The notes under the pieces: generated by a model
Told to the model about the DNA's origin: nothing
The model's input: the letters and a program-made list of their open reading frames with translations, nothing else
Database searches by the model: none
Part shown: positions 1 to 9,883 of the stretch, piece after piece
Layout: the number at the start of each line of letters is the position of its first letter
How positions within the stretch are numbered: position 1 is the stretch's first letter
Origin: an uncultured Candidatus Poseidoniales archaeon
Lineage (GTDB): Archaea > Thermoplasmatota > Poseidoniia > Poseidoniales > Thalassarchaeaceae
Direction: 5' to 3'
Length of the DNA stretch: 64,000 nucleotides
Assembly (NCBI GenBank): GCA_964556195.1
Contig: CAZKVK010000001.1
Location: 1,180 to 65,179, forward strand
Position numbers and translations under genes: made by a program

Positions 1-905
1 TCTCTCAATTCCTCATTTTGCGGTCTTGCAGCGATTAATGCGAAACCAGCTCCGGCCAAGGCGATACCATCAATTTCTATGTCCAAGTCAAGGAGTGACT
101 TAGCCGAAAATGCGATTACCGTGAGGCCTAGAATTCCTAGTGTTGTAAACATCAATTGCTTGTCATTGATTGCATCCCACTCATCTTCCTCCAATAGTAG
201 GTCAACATGTGGAGGTTTCTGCTCAGCCCAATCACGGTAATACCACCTAAAGTAACCCAATGTCGCAACCCATGCGAAGAATGTCAAAATCCCAAGTCGG
301 AATAAGAAGCCATTGAATGAGAAGGCTAGAAGGGCTTCGTCAGCTGCTGCCGCTGCAATCATCACGTTTGGAGGGTCTCCAACCATAGATGCCACACCAC
401 CAGTGTCAGAAAGGATAGCTTCTGCCAGCAATGGAGGAACTGGATTTATTTCCAATTTATTGCAAATTCTGAGTGTTACAGGAGCGATGATAATAATTGC
501 AGTTACATTGTCGATTACAAGAGAAATCAGAGTGGTAAATGTCCCTAGTAGGACAATCAGTCTCCATGGATCACCTTTGCTCATCTTTGAGGCCTTGATT
601 GCAACATACTCGAAAAATCCACATAACTCAAGAATGGATGCAAAAATCATCATCCCTAGTAGTAGGCCGATTACTTCCCACTCAATCCAACCTATCATCG
701 TATGTTCCAGCGTATAGGTTTTGATTGGATCCCCTCCAGCGGTTGTGTAGACTTCGTGAAGATGGAATACTCCAGAGTAATGACCATAGAGGAGCATTAG
801 TACAGAACCAAACCATGCGGCAATTGTCCTATGCACAACCTCTGAGAGAATTAGGGCAAAGGATAGTACGAAGATTGCCAATACAACTTGAGGTTCGGTC
901 ACCAT
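1..905 (-). CDS. ArsB/NhaD (IT superfamily, P-protein-like) membrane transporter, 3' end runs off the window
   Basis: Not in the ORF track. Manual translation from ATG at 905: MVTEPQVVLAIFVLSFALILSEVVHRTIAAWFG..., with hydrophobic helices, IDNVTA and SDTGGVASMVGDPPNVMI motifs. Confidence 0.85.
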   Translation of the reverse strand, partial: MVTEPQVVLAIFVLSFALILSEVVHRTIAAWFGSVLMLLYGHYSGVFHLHEVYTTAGGDPIKTYTLEHTMIGWIEWEVIGLLLGMMIFASILELCGFFEYVAIKASKMSKGDPWRLIVLLGTFTTLISLVIDNVTAIIIIAPVTLRICNKLEINPVPPLLAEAILSDTGGVASMVGDPPNVMIAAAAADEALLAFSFNGFLFRLGILTFFAWVATLGYFRWYYRDWAEQKPPHVDLLLEEDEWDAINDKQLMFTTLGILGLTVIAFSAKSLLDLDIEIDGIALAGAGFALIAARPQNEELR

Positions 906-977
906 TACTCCGTCCGAACTTTGATGTGTCTAAATAAGTCACTATCACGAGAGTGAAAAAAACGCAATGAATGACCC

Positions 978-1250
978 TTAATTCCCAGACCAGAAAACCG
1001 CGACATTGCCTCTTTGAAAAACTATAGTTGATTGAGTGGATTCGGCCATTTCTGAGAACAACCCTAACCTCTCGTTCGAGCCCTCGACAACTCCCCGATT
1101 GGCCTTTACTTTGACCAGGTTTCTCTTGTTTAGTTGATCATTCAATTCTTCAACAATAGCCTCGGTTAAACCGTTCCTACCCACTCTCACAGATACCAAG
1201 AGATCTCTATCATTAGCCATGTGTTTTATGTGATTGGGGATCGAGGTCAT
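978..1250 (-). CDS. yhbY: YhbY/CRM-domain RNA-binding protein
   Basis: VRVGRNGLTEAIVEELNDQLNKRNLVKVK...QRGNVAVFW; 90 aa; adjacent to the Rpp21 gene as is common in archaea. Confidence 0.9.
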   Translation of the reverse strand: MTSIPNHIKHMANDRDLLVSVRVGRNGLTEAIVEELNDQLNKRNLVKVKANRGVVEGSNERLGLFSEMAESTQSTIVFQRGNVAVFWSGN

Positions 1251-1252
1251 GA

Positions 1253-1567
1253 CTATTCCGCCTTGTTCAATTTACGACGATGAACTCGGTCACAATCTAG
1301 GCAGGTTAGCTTTTGAATTCCATTTTGAATTCTCACTCTGGCATTCTGCCCTGGCCTTAGACTAGTGTTGCAAGTTCTACAAATTAGATCACGTATTTTA
1401 GAGTCTGCTCTTACTCCATGTCTCTTTGAGGTCCTGAGCAAATCCCTAGCTGCCAAGTCGGCAATTTCCTTTTCCGAACCAAGGATTAGTTTTGAGAGAT
1501 GATTGATTGAATCTTCAGCCCTCTTTTCCCTTTTTTTAGAGTCGCGGCCTTTTCTGCGACCAGTCAT
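1253..1567 (-). CDS. rnp4: Ribonuclease P protein component 4 (Rpp21)
   Basis: ICRTCNTSLRPGQNARVRI...TCLDCDRVHR zinc ribbon; basic protein; next to yhbY. Confidence 0.85.
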   Translation of the reverse strand: MTGRRKGRDSKKREKRAEDSINHLSKLILGSEKEIADLAARDLLRTSKRHGVRADSKIRDLICRTCNTSLRPGQNARVRIQNGIQKLTCLDCDRVHRRKLNKAE

Positions 1568-1576
1568 ATTTCCACC

Positions 1577-2203
1577 TCATAAAATCGTAGAAATCGCTGC
1601 TTCAACTGAAGCACCGACTTGTTCAATGGAAGCATTGCCGTCTATTCTGATAAGCAAACCTCTCTCTGAGTACCAATCTGCTAGTGGAGCAGTTTGGGAA
1701 TGATAAGCCTGTAATCTAGACCTAACAGTTTCTTCCGTGTCATCTGGCCTCTGGATTAACCGACCTTCTATTTCTGGTGGAGCCGGTTTGAATATTACAT
1801 GAAAAATTTCCCCTGTTTCTGGATCCATCCTTCTACCAACTATTCTGTCGACAATTGCATCGTCCGGAACTTCAATAGAAATCACTGAAGAAACTGCCGC
1901 TATCTTCTCGAGTGATTCTGCTTGTGGGATGGTCCGAGGGAAGCCGTCAAAAAGTACTCCTTGGCGAGCATCATCATTCTGCAATCGTTCTTGAATTAAG
2001 CCAATTATTATCTCGTCAGGCACTAATAATCCAGCGTCCATGTATTCCTTGGCCGCTATTCCCATTGGAGATCCTACCTTTACGGCTGCTCGTAGCATAT
2101 CACCAGTGGAGATTTGTGGTTTACCTGTGAGTTCCACTATCCTACCAGCTTGTGTGCCCTTTCCCGCACCTGGTGGTCCAAAGAGTACTATCGACCCTCT
2201 CAT
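1577..2203 (-). CDS. adk: Adenylate kinase (long, bacterial-like form)
   Basis: GPPGAGKGTQA P-loop, ISTGDMLR, FDGFPRT, QRPDDTEE; start moved to ATG 2203 (MRGSIVLF) to avoid overlap with the upstream gene. Confidence 0.95.
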   Translation of the reverse strand: MRGSIVLFGPPGAGKGTQAGRIVELTGKPQISTGDMLRAAVKVGSPMGIAAKEYMDAGLLVPDEIIIGLIQERLQNDDARQGVLFDGFPRTIPQAESLEKIAAVSSVISIEVPDDAIVDRIVGRRMDPETGEIFHVIFKPAPPEIEGRLIQRPDDTEETVRSRLQAYHSQTAPLADWYSERGLLIRIDGNASIEQVGASVEAAISTIL

Positions 2204-2250
2204 CGACTCATCCAGCCGCTTCGTAGTCTTAAGACAGCGCCTGAGACCAC

Positions 2251-5200
2251 TCAGGTATTCTGTTCGTACCAAAGGTGCCCATAGGCTACCCACTGATCCA
2301 TCGTCCATCCATCGGGCAATCCTCCCGGTGGTAGAGGCATTGCCCCCGGAGGCACAGGAACAGGGGGTGGCAGAGAGGGAGCGGATGAGGATATTACATC
2401 AGAGATTTCATCATCACTAACCGACTTACTCAACACCTCGCCAGCAGAGCCTGTTTCTAGAGCTATGGCCCTTCGCTCGGTTTGGGAACCAGAATGAAGC
2501 GCAGAACCCACTGGAATCAATTCCTCATCTGGACTCATGTTGCTTGCAGATTGTCTACGCATTCGAACTAATACAACTCCTAAACTAGCTAGAACTGCTA
2601 GGAAAACTATCGCTAGGGTCCACTTAGGCAATCCAAGCGAGACCATCAAGCAACCAATGCCATTACAGGAATCGTCTCTAGAACGAGAAACTTCTAGAAC
2701 AATTTCAGTATTTGTAATTGTAGATGCCCCTCCACTATCTGTAGAGTTAGCCCAAATTATAAAACTCGCTAAGCCGGGTGATGCTGAGTTTTTCGGAGAT
2801 GCTTTGGCGGTGATTTCTACGGAGTCTCCAACGGCAATCATATCGACTGTTATTGGAATAATTTCGATATTCCAATTTGTCAATTCACTCGCTTCAAAAC
2901 TAAACCCTGAGGGTTGGTTTCCTAGATTAGTTACAGAGATAATGAAAGTTTCATAAGAACCTGCTTTTATGTCATTAAGGGTCATCGCATCTGGAGACAT
3001 TTCGACAAATATCGAGGGGGTGATCTCGACCTTCAATTCGAAAGTATGCGTTACAGTTTCCATTCCTGGGGTGACTGCCTCAACAATAACTGGAACTGTC
3101 ACATCCATAATTCCAACAGGTAAATTGCCGGGCACATCCAAACCAACGGTCACGAGCGCTTCACGATTCATATCTAGAGTGGATGGAATCAGGGATTGGA
3201 AGCCACCGACCCAATCCATTGGAAGAGTTCCAATGCTCCAAGTTAGAGATAATGGAACATTTCCAGCATTTCTGACCCAAACATCCGTGGTGCCGGTTTG
3301 ACCTAATGATAGGAGAATCGTAGAGTCTTCGGATGCCTCAAGGTCTGCGATTTCCTGAACAATGAATCGGGTTGCGTTAACAACCATATCCCCGTCGACC
3401 AAAGTGGTTCGAAGTGTCAATGTATTCCTAGTATTCATCTCGGCATTCTCTGGCACCATCATTTGAACTGTAACTGTTGCAACATCCCCGGCTTCTATTG
3501 AGAATTGCAATTGTTCAGTCGTTTGCTGTTGGCCATAAACCAACTGTGCCGCCCAAGTGTTAAGAGAGGAACTGACCGTCATAGTGAAGTCCATTCGAAT
3601 ATTGCCATCATTGGAAACAATTACACTAGTTTCAGAGAGATTTCCATTTAGGACAGCTCTATCTTCTGCAAGCGCCAACGCGCCCAATATATTGCCTTCT
3701 TCGTCTTTCAAATCAACTTTGAAATCATAACTCTCGAAGACTGTGACCGTTGCGATATCTGTCGCTGAAACCGTGGAATCTTGTACAGATGTAGTTACAC
3801 AAGTAATGTCCTCTGTAACTCCAGCAGCTGGTTCCCCTCCATTTGCTGCTGGAATTCGAACATGTATAGGGAGTGGCAAGAATTGTAGTCGGCTAAGTGG
3901 ATCCAAAACTACCGATGAAGATCCACTGCTACCGATGTTCACTATCCATTGACTGGGGCTGTCACAACTGACTGAATATTGTGTATCTCCATTACCAGTA
4001 TTCCTTATTGATAGTGAATAAGTTGCAGTTTTTCCCGGTTTGGCCCCTAGGTCATTTCCGGTTCCTGCAAGAATTGTGAATAGACCTTCGACCCTTTCTA
4101 CCACAGAAGTAATTCTGATGGTGTGAGAAATGGTTGGAGCATCTTTATCGAACAAATTCAAATCATTAACGAAATTGCCCGGTAATGCATATCTAGCACC
4201 AGCGGAATTTTCTAAATCCGCATCTACATCTTCCAAGGTTAGTGTAACAATTCTCGAATCTCCACTCTCGCCCGATGCAGCAAGATCCCATGGACCTGTT
4301 TCGTTGAGTAATTTCCACCATTCATCAGTTGGAGATTGTAAAATTCCCTGTTCGTCAACCCTCTGAACAGGTGTAACAGATAGGCCAACCGAAATAGCAG
4401 AAGTGCCTTCATTTTGCAGCATAAATTCGTAAGTTAGCATACTACCTGTCCTTGGGTCTAATGTTTTGGTCAGGGCCTGTTCTAGTTCGGAAGGGGTAAT
4501 TGGAATTGAACCATCTTCCATAAGTGGAGTGATTCGAACTCCAATTTGAGAAATTTGGACAGTTAATTGATAGTGATTATTGTTGATTCCGTTGATTTCA
4601 TCATTCAACTCGACTACTGAATCTTCAGTGTCGAGTCTCAATTCCAGTAGATGCTCACCGGTTGTTTGGAAAACATGAGGGAAAGATAGCGACGTTGTAA
4701 CTCCGCCACCTAGTGAAGTCCGATCCGAAGTATAGAGAATTGTTCCTTCGGTGAGGTCCTCGATCTCAATTGTGTAGGCGCCGCTGGCTTGTGATGCTTG
4801 ATTTCGCCAAGCAGCTTCTACTAGCACCGTATCTCCCTGCAAAGGTGCTAAGATCGAAGTACTCAAAGAGCCTTCAAAGACTGTAAGGTCGGCTGTAGGT
4901 TGCTCTTGTAACAAGCCCGTAGCAACCAAAGCAAAACTTTGCGTCACTCCACCGGCATGACCAACGCCAATGGTCCACATACCACTATTTCCAGCTGGGA
5001 TTTTGATTCTCTCGATGTTATTCAATCGATCTGCAGACCCTCCTGTTGTTGAGTACCCATTGGAAAATACATTACCGTAGTATACAGTTCCATCCGGAGA
5101 GGTCGCTGTTAGATCTAAATCGTTGACTAATTTTGCAGCGCTTTGGTTTGCGATTGTAGATGCTTCTGAATCCACCCAGGCTAAAGTGACATCGAAATCG

Positions 5201-7041
5201 GTTGCCGAATCTACAGTAAAGGTGTAAACGAAACTATGTGCCGGATCCAGCTCTCGAGAGTCGTCAAATAGTAGGTCTAAATCAGTACCATCTTCATTGG
5301 GAGAAATTGAATTTGCAACATTAATCTGACCCCAGCCCTCAGAGGGGTTAGGGATGTTTGCAACCCCAATATCATCGGCTCCGTTGATCAATAATGCCTT
5401 GATTAAGTCCGAACGTGGCTCAGTAATTCCAACATCTGTTCTAAGATATTGGCGGACCATAGCAGCACCACCAGCGGCGACTGCAGTGGCCATCGAGGAG
5501 CCATTTAGGGCCATATACAGAGGAGTGGTTCCATCGGAATGGGTGCTAGAACTGCATGACTCTCCTTGCGCACTACTTGCCTCCTCAGCACGAGCTGAAC
5601 ACAACATAACACCTGGAGCAACCATATCTGGTTTGATTCGACCATCAAGTGTGGACCCCTTAGAAGAAAAATAGGGAACACTCCCCTCTGGGTCGGTGCC
5701 CATAGAACCGGTTGTTGATGCCCCGATAGTTAGGACATTCTTGGCTGAGCCGGGAGGGGTGACTGTATTACTACCATCTTCACCAAGGTCTCCTGAAGAA
5801 AATAGTACTAGGAAGCGAGGGTTATCGACAATGAATGCGTCGGCGGAACGGGAATCTGAACTGTATTCTCCAACTAAATTCTCGTTACCCCAAGAATTAG
5901 TTTGAATCCTAGCAGAATTCTGCCAAGCATGGGTGAACATATCGTATAGGGAACCCCATCTGGCAAGAATTCCAGAAGAGTCAACTTCTAGTTGGTAGAA
6001 ATGGAAAGTGGCAGCGGGAACCATTCCCAAGGCCGCAATGTCACCTGACCCGTCTCCAAGTAGAGTTGCAGTGACGTGGGTGCCATGACCTGAATTACTA
6101 TCAAGTGCCGAGTTATCTGGCCCAAACTGGTTGTAAATTCCTCTTACTCTACCGTCAAAATCGCCATGATCTGCATCTAATCCAGTATCTGAAATTGCGA
6201 TAACCTCGCCGCTTCCATTGAGAGTATTTGCAGAATTAACAAGAGCTTGGTTTATCCCTGCAACATCACTTGCAACCGAGTTATGAATTGACAATTTAGA
6301 GGCGAGGTGAATATGCAAAATTCTTCCATCCATCGCAAGAATTGGAATCCAAATTGCGTTAACCGATTTTGGCTGACAAAGATGAGAGTCGCAAATATCT
6401 CTTAAAGAAATACTTCCAGATATAGATTCAAGGTCCAATTGTAATTGCTTGAGTTCTTGGTTTGAAAGATCAGGAGCAGGTATTAGATCGATGTCCAAAG
6501 TTATTGCTTCCCTACCAGCAATGGCGGCAATCTCAGGGCTAACTCGCCATGCAATAGGTAATTCACCAGCCCACCGGACTCCCTCCATAGACCCTAATTC
6601 TAGAAGGGTGATTGCTGAATTGAATTGCATTGGGATTCTAATGATTAGAGTGTCGTCAGGAATAGAATCGATTACTACCAAACCTCTCTCCCGCAGGTTT
6701 TGTTGAAGTGTGGTCAAGTCGGCTAAAGTTGATTGCACAAGGGCGAGTCGAGTCCTATCCAATGCTTGAAAATCAACAATATTTTCCGGACCCAGCGGAA
6801 TCGGTTGAAGAATGGGGTCGAAGCTACCGTACGGAGAATGAATTAATCCTGATGTCGGCTTCAATTGGTGAGTGCTGGAAGAGACGCTTGAAAATGGTTG
6901 GAATTTTACATTTACTACTTCCTCTTCGCCATACTCAGAGTCAATTTCATTGTATGTATTAGTAGCTGAAGTAACGCCTGTCGACCAGCCGCTAAGTACG
7001 AGCATTAACAGGGTAATTAGAACCAGCCGGCGGTCATTCAC
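2251..7041 (-). CDS. Large membrane-anchored S8 subtilase with CARDB/Ig-like domains
   Basis: Signal peptide; triad ISDTG, GHGTHV, NGSSMAT; GRIKPD; beta-sandwich repeats; C-terminal TM helix and Pro/Trp-rich tail. Confidence 0.9.
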   Translation of the reverse strand: MNDRRLVLITLLMLVLSGWSTGVTSATNTYNEIDSEYGEEEVVNVKFQPFSSVSSSTHQLKPTSGLIHSPYGSFDPILQPIPLGPENIVDFQALDRTRLALVQSTLADLTTLQQNLRERGLVVIDSIPDDTLIIRIPMQFNSAITLLELGSMEGVRWAGELPIAWRVSPEIAAIAGREAITLDIDLIPAPDLSNQELKQLQLDLESISGSISLRDICDSHLCQPKSVNAIWIPILAMDGRILHIHLASKLSIHNSVASDVAGINQALVNSANTLNGSGEVIAISDTGLDADHGDFDGRVRGIYNQFGPDNSALDSNSGHGTHVTATLLGDGSGDIAALGMVPAATFHFYQLEVDSSGILARWGSLYDMFTHAWQNSARIQTNSWGNENLVGEYSSDSRSADAFIVDNPRFLVLFSSGDLGEDGSNTVTPPGSAKNVLTIGASTTGSMGTDPEGSVPYFSSKGSTLDGRIKPDMVAPGVMLCSARAEEASSAQGESCSSSTHSDGTTPLYMALNGSSMATAVAAGGAAMVRQYLRTDVGITEPRSDLIKALLINGADDIGVANIPNPSEGWGQINVANSISPNEDGTDLDLLFDDSRELDPAHSFVYTFTVDSATDFDVTLAWVDSEASTIANQSAAKLVNDLDLTATSPDGTVYYGNVFSNGYSTTGGSADRLNNIERIKIPAGNSGMWTIGVGHAGGVTQSFALVATGLLQEQPTADLTVFEGSLSTSILAPLQGDTVLVEAAWRNQASQASGAYTIEIEDLTEGTILYTSDRTSLGGGVTTSLSFPHVFQTTGEHLLELRLDTEDSVVELNDEINGINNNHYQLTVQISQIGVRITPLMEDGSIPITPSELEQALTKTLDPRTGSMLTYEFMLQNEGTSAISVGLSVTPVQRVDEQGILQSPTDEWWKLLNETGPWDLAASGESGDSRIVTLTLEDVDADLENSAGARYALPGNFVNDLNLFDKDAPTISHTIRITSVVERVEGLFTILAGTGNDLGAKPGKTATYSLSIRNTGNGDTQYSVSCDSPSQWIVNIGSSGSSSVVLDPLSRLQFLPLPIHVRIPAANGGEPAAGVTEDITCVTTSVQDSTVSATDIATVTVFESYDFKVDLKDEEGNILGALALAEDRAVLNGNLSETSVIVSNDGNIRMDFTMTVSSSLNTWAAQLVYGQQQTTEQLQFSIEAGDVATVTVQMMVPENAEMNTRNTLTLRTTLVDGDMVVNATRFIVQEIADLEASEDSTILLSLGQTGTTDVWVRNAGNVPLSLTWSIGTLPMDWVGGFQSLIPSTLDMNREALVTVGLDVPGNLPVGIMDVTVPVIVEAVTPGMETVTHTFELKVEITPSIFVEMSPDAMTLNDIKAGSYETFIISVTNLGNQPSGFSFEASELTNWNIEIIPITVDMIAVGDSVEITAKASPKNSASPGLASFIIWANSTDSGGASTITNTEIVLEVSRSRDDSCNGIGCLMVSLGLPKWTLAIVFLAVLASLGVVLVRMRRQSASNMSPDEELIPVGSALHSGSQTERRAIALETGSAGEVLSKSVSDDEISDVISSSAPSLPPPVPVPPGAMPLPPGGLPDGWTMDQWVAYGHLWYEQNT

Positions 7042-7084
7042 GAGTTTGTCGGAGAATTGAGGGGCTTTTGACCGTTCATGTTGA

Positions 7085-7099
7085 TTGACCTACGGTCAA
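7085..7099. repeat. Intergenic inverted repeat TTGACC-TAC-GGTCAA (GTA loop on minus strand)
   Basis: Read directly from the sequence; 6-bp stem, 3-nt loop. Confidence 0.8.
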
Positions 7100-7124
7100 G
7101 TCAAGAAAAATCATTGAATATCAA

Positions 7125-8165
7125 TCAAAGATTGTAATAGGCGTCGATTGCAGCATCGGTTTTTGCGACTGATTTTCTCCAATCTGATTCGACACCCATA
7201 AGTGCACGGATGCAATCAATATTTTCTGGAATTACATCACTTTCTTGGTGAATTGCTTGGAAATAGTAAAGGCGACTTCCTACTAATTTAACTCCATCTT
7301 CCCAAACGAAAATTTCATGTAAATCGCCCCATTTTCTTCCGATGTCTCGAGCCATCTCCATTACTTCAGCAGTGGTGGTGATTCTATTCTCTTCTCCATG
7401 CATTACAATTACTCTAGGTTGATCTTTCCACATTTCGATAATTGATTCAGTGGTTAGGCCATGTCCTTCGGGTAAATCCGCAATAATCGAATGGACATGC
7501 ATTATTGTAGTCGGAACAGCAACCGCTAGAGAATTGATTTCAATTTCTGGCTTTACGGTCATAACATCTGGGCCGTGGTGGCTTGGAACTTTTAGAACGG
7601 GTTTGATGGCGTTGATTGGACCTTTCTTTGAGTCACCAGGGTCAGCTGCGCGCCTAACCATTGTACATTCCACCTTTAGCGAGCCACAGTGTTCGTAAAT
7701 TGGAACCAAGGTTCTGGAAAGGCCGGTTGTATTGCAAGACACCACTCTGGTGCCGTCAGCATTCAGGTTTGCGGCGTGGTTTGCGCAGGAGGTGTATGAC
7801 AAACCAGTGAGGTCGTGCTTCTCTCCGCCTTGGAAAATATGTTTGATTCCAGCGGCTTTGTATTTTGCAAGATTACCTGCCCCCATCTTTCCAGGAGCGC
7901 AGTCGATTACTACATCTGCCGCCGATAAAAGGTCAGAAAGACCGCCTTTGCATTCGTAGTCTTGTTCTGCAAATGCAGCAATTCTCTCTACATCATCAAA
8001 TGTGCAGTATAGTGGAAAGCCCTTCTTGACAGCTAAATCACAGCCAAAGGATGGACCAGTCTTGGTTACACCAATTATTTCCATGTCATCCTGTGCATCT
8101 ACTGCATCAGCGACCCGCTTTCCAATTGTTCCAAATCCATTAATTGCGACCTTGATTAACCCCAT
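7125..8165 (-). CDS. gap: Glyceraldehyde-3-phosphate dehydrogenase, archaeal type II
   Basis: VAINGFGTIGKRVADAV, catalytic VVSCNTT, PSHHGPDV, IHQESDVIPENID; start ATG 8165. Confidence 0.95.
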   Translation of the reverse strand: MGLIKVAINGFGTIGKRVADAVDAQDDMEIIGVTKTGPSFGCDLAVKKGFPLYCTFDDVERIAAFAEQDYECKGGLSDLLSAADVVIDCAPGKMGAGNLAKYKAAGIKHIFQGGEKHDLTGLSYTSCANHAANLNADGTRVVSCNTTGLSRTLVPIYEHCGSLKVECTMVRRAADPGDSKKGPINAIKPVLKVPSHHGPDVMTVKPEIEINSLAVAVPTTIMHVHSIIADLPEGHGLTTESIIEMWKDQPRVIVMHGEENRITTTAEVMEMARDIGRKWGDLHEIFVWEDGVKLVGSRLYYFQAIHQESDVIPENIDCIRALMGVESDWRKSVAKTDAAIDAYYNL

Positions 8166-8257
8166 GGTGTAGCCCCATACGCCCTTTGGGCAAATCGATG
8201 CCGTAATCGAACCTCTATCAATAATGCTCTTGCAGGACGCCGCGGGAAATAAGCAGA

Positions 8258-8271
8258 AATATTGCAATATT
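8258..8271. promoter_or_regulatory. Perfect 14-bp palindrome AATATTGCAATATT in a divergent promoter region
   Basis: Seen directly between divergent gap and the GXGXG gene; operator role is inferred. Confidence 0.4.
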
Positions 8272-8293
8272 CAGTATCTTCTCACCCGTCAGA

Positions 8294-9874
8294 ATGAAGA
8301 CTGTGTCCACTCCGTCGATGTCTGAGAATACCATGCGCGACATCACCGCAAAGAGTGTCAAACTAAACAGAGACCTCGACAAGATGCTTGAGCAGGCACT
8401 TGAGAGAGACTTGTTGGTACGCATTGGTTGGGGTAAGCAAGGAGACGAGAAACCAAAGAAGGGAGAGATTGGAGTAATCACCCATCTTCCAGAAAATTCC
8501 AGAGTATTGCTACTAGGTAATTTGGGAGAGTGTGCAGGTGCAATGAATGATGGTGGAACCTTCACCCTTCAAGGGGGCTGTGGTTCTATGTTAGGCGCCT
8601 TTCAGAAATCTGGTAGGATTACAATCGAGAAGGATGCAGGAGATCGCGCCGGTCAGAAAATGACAGGTGGGGAGATTATCGTCCAAGGCTCTGTAGGAAA
8701 TGAAACTGGGGCCGAGATGATTGGAGGATTACTGATAGTTAGAGGACATGCTGGACATGCAACTGGGGCCGCCATGCAAGGAGGTACATTGGTTGTTCTG
8801 GGGAACACTGGAAATGATCCCGGCAGGGGAATGGTAGGAGGCCGTGTAATCATTTCGGGCTCTTGCCCCCCGCCCGGTGAAGGTGCGACCATGAGGTCGA
8901 TTGAGTCTAATGAATTGGAAGAATTGGCCGAACATCTTGAACCACTGGGATTACACGTAGATTCTGATGCTTTGGTTATCATACCGAGTGAAGATGGACC
9001 CGCACAAACCGAATCTCCTGAAACCTCAATCACTGAGGGATTCGAAGGGATTACACTAGTGCCATCGGCAAGAGACAGACTCCCTACCCATTCACAAATT
9101 GATACCAGTTCACCAATAAACCCCGCAGGCCAAGATGAAAATACCCTCATGACCCCACTTCCTTGGATAATTCAAACAGAAAGAATGACTGGAAATACTG
9201 GAACCTATGGCACAAATCAACCGGGATTGGTAACTGCGGAACCTAGGGCCAATGATCTGATGTTAATCACAGAAGAAAATCTTCTAGAAGCTGCAGAGAT
9301 TATCCACAATTGTTCAGGAATGGTCCTAGATTTAAATCAAATTCCTGCAATCAATGATGCGGAAATTGAAGCTTTGTTAGTTTCACTCTACAGCAGGATG
9401 GCTGACGATTCACTTGTTTTCCTAAAAGATAGTATTTCGAGGGTCGAACACCTCTTCCGTTTAGTTGTAGACTTGGACTTAGACGGCGCACTAGTTGATG
9501 TTGCTTCAGCCGGAGGGTCTAGGGCCGCAGCCGCATTACCAAGAATCGGTCTTGTTGCACAGGCCATGAACCTACCAAGCCAAGGTAGGAGGATTTTACT
9601 TGAGTTACAAGAGGCACCTTCTGCAGAGGACCTCTTAATCGCCATTGGAGCAGGCTGTTCGGCGATTGTAGCACCAGCTGCAGATGAGAATGTTGAGGCA
9701 GCATTGGCCTGGATTGACGGAACATTAAGAGGTTGGATGTTAGAATTGGGAATTGACAATCTATCTGAATTAACTAGACGAAACCTGCGTGCTCTCGATC
9801 ACGATACTGCAGCAATCTCGGGTCTGCGATTAATCGGATACGATAGACCACTTCCAATGTGGTTGAGAAACTGA
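8294..9874 (+). CDS. GXGXG (GltB3/FwdC-like) beta-helix fused to a degenerate glutamate-synthase FMN-barrel-like domain
   Basis: Repeated G-x-x-M-x-G-G-x-I-x-V-x-G units; C-terminus LGIDNLSELTRRNLRALDHDTAAISGLRLIG resembles GltB2-type termini; start could be ATG 8318. Confidence 0.65.
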   Translation: MKTVSTPSMSENTMRDITAKSVKLNRDLDKMLEQALERDLLVRIGWGKQGDEKPKKGEIGVITHLPENSRVLLLGNLGECAGAMNDGGTFTLQGGCGSMLGAFQKSGRITIEKDAGDRAGQKMTGGEIIVQGSVGNETGAEMIGGLLIVRGHAGHATGAAMQGGTLVVLGNTGNDPGRGMVGGRVIISGSCPPPGEGATMRSIESNELEELAEHLEPLGLHVDSDALVIIPSEDGPAQTESPETSITEGFEGITLVPSARDRLPTHSQIDTSSPINPAGQDENTLMTPLPWIIQTERMTGNTGTYGTNQPGLVTAEPRANDLMLITEENLLEAAEIIHNCSGMVLDLNQIPAINDAEIEALLVSLYSRMADDSLVFLKDSISRVEHLFRLVVDLDLDGALVDVASAGGSRAAAALPRIGLVAQAMNLPSQGRRILLELQEAPSAEDLLIAIGAGCSAIVAPAADENVEAALAWIDGTLRGWMLELGIDNLSELTRRNLRALDHDTAAISGLRLIGYDRPLPMWLRN

Positions 9875-9883
9875 GGTGTTATT

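Noticed and set aside
313..937. Plus-strand ORFs 313-717 and 725-937 and the many similar short antisense ORFs in the track
   Set aside because: They are shadows of well-supported genes on the opposite strand and carry no recognisable motifs
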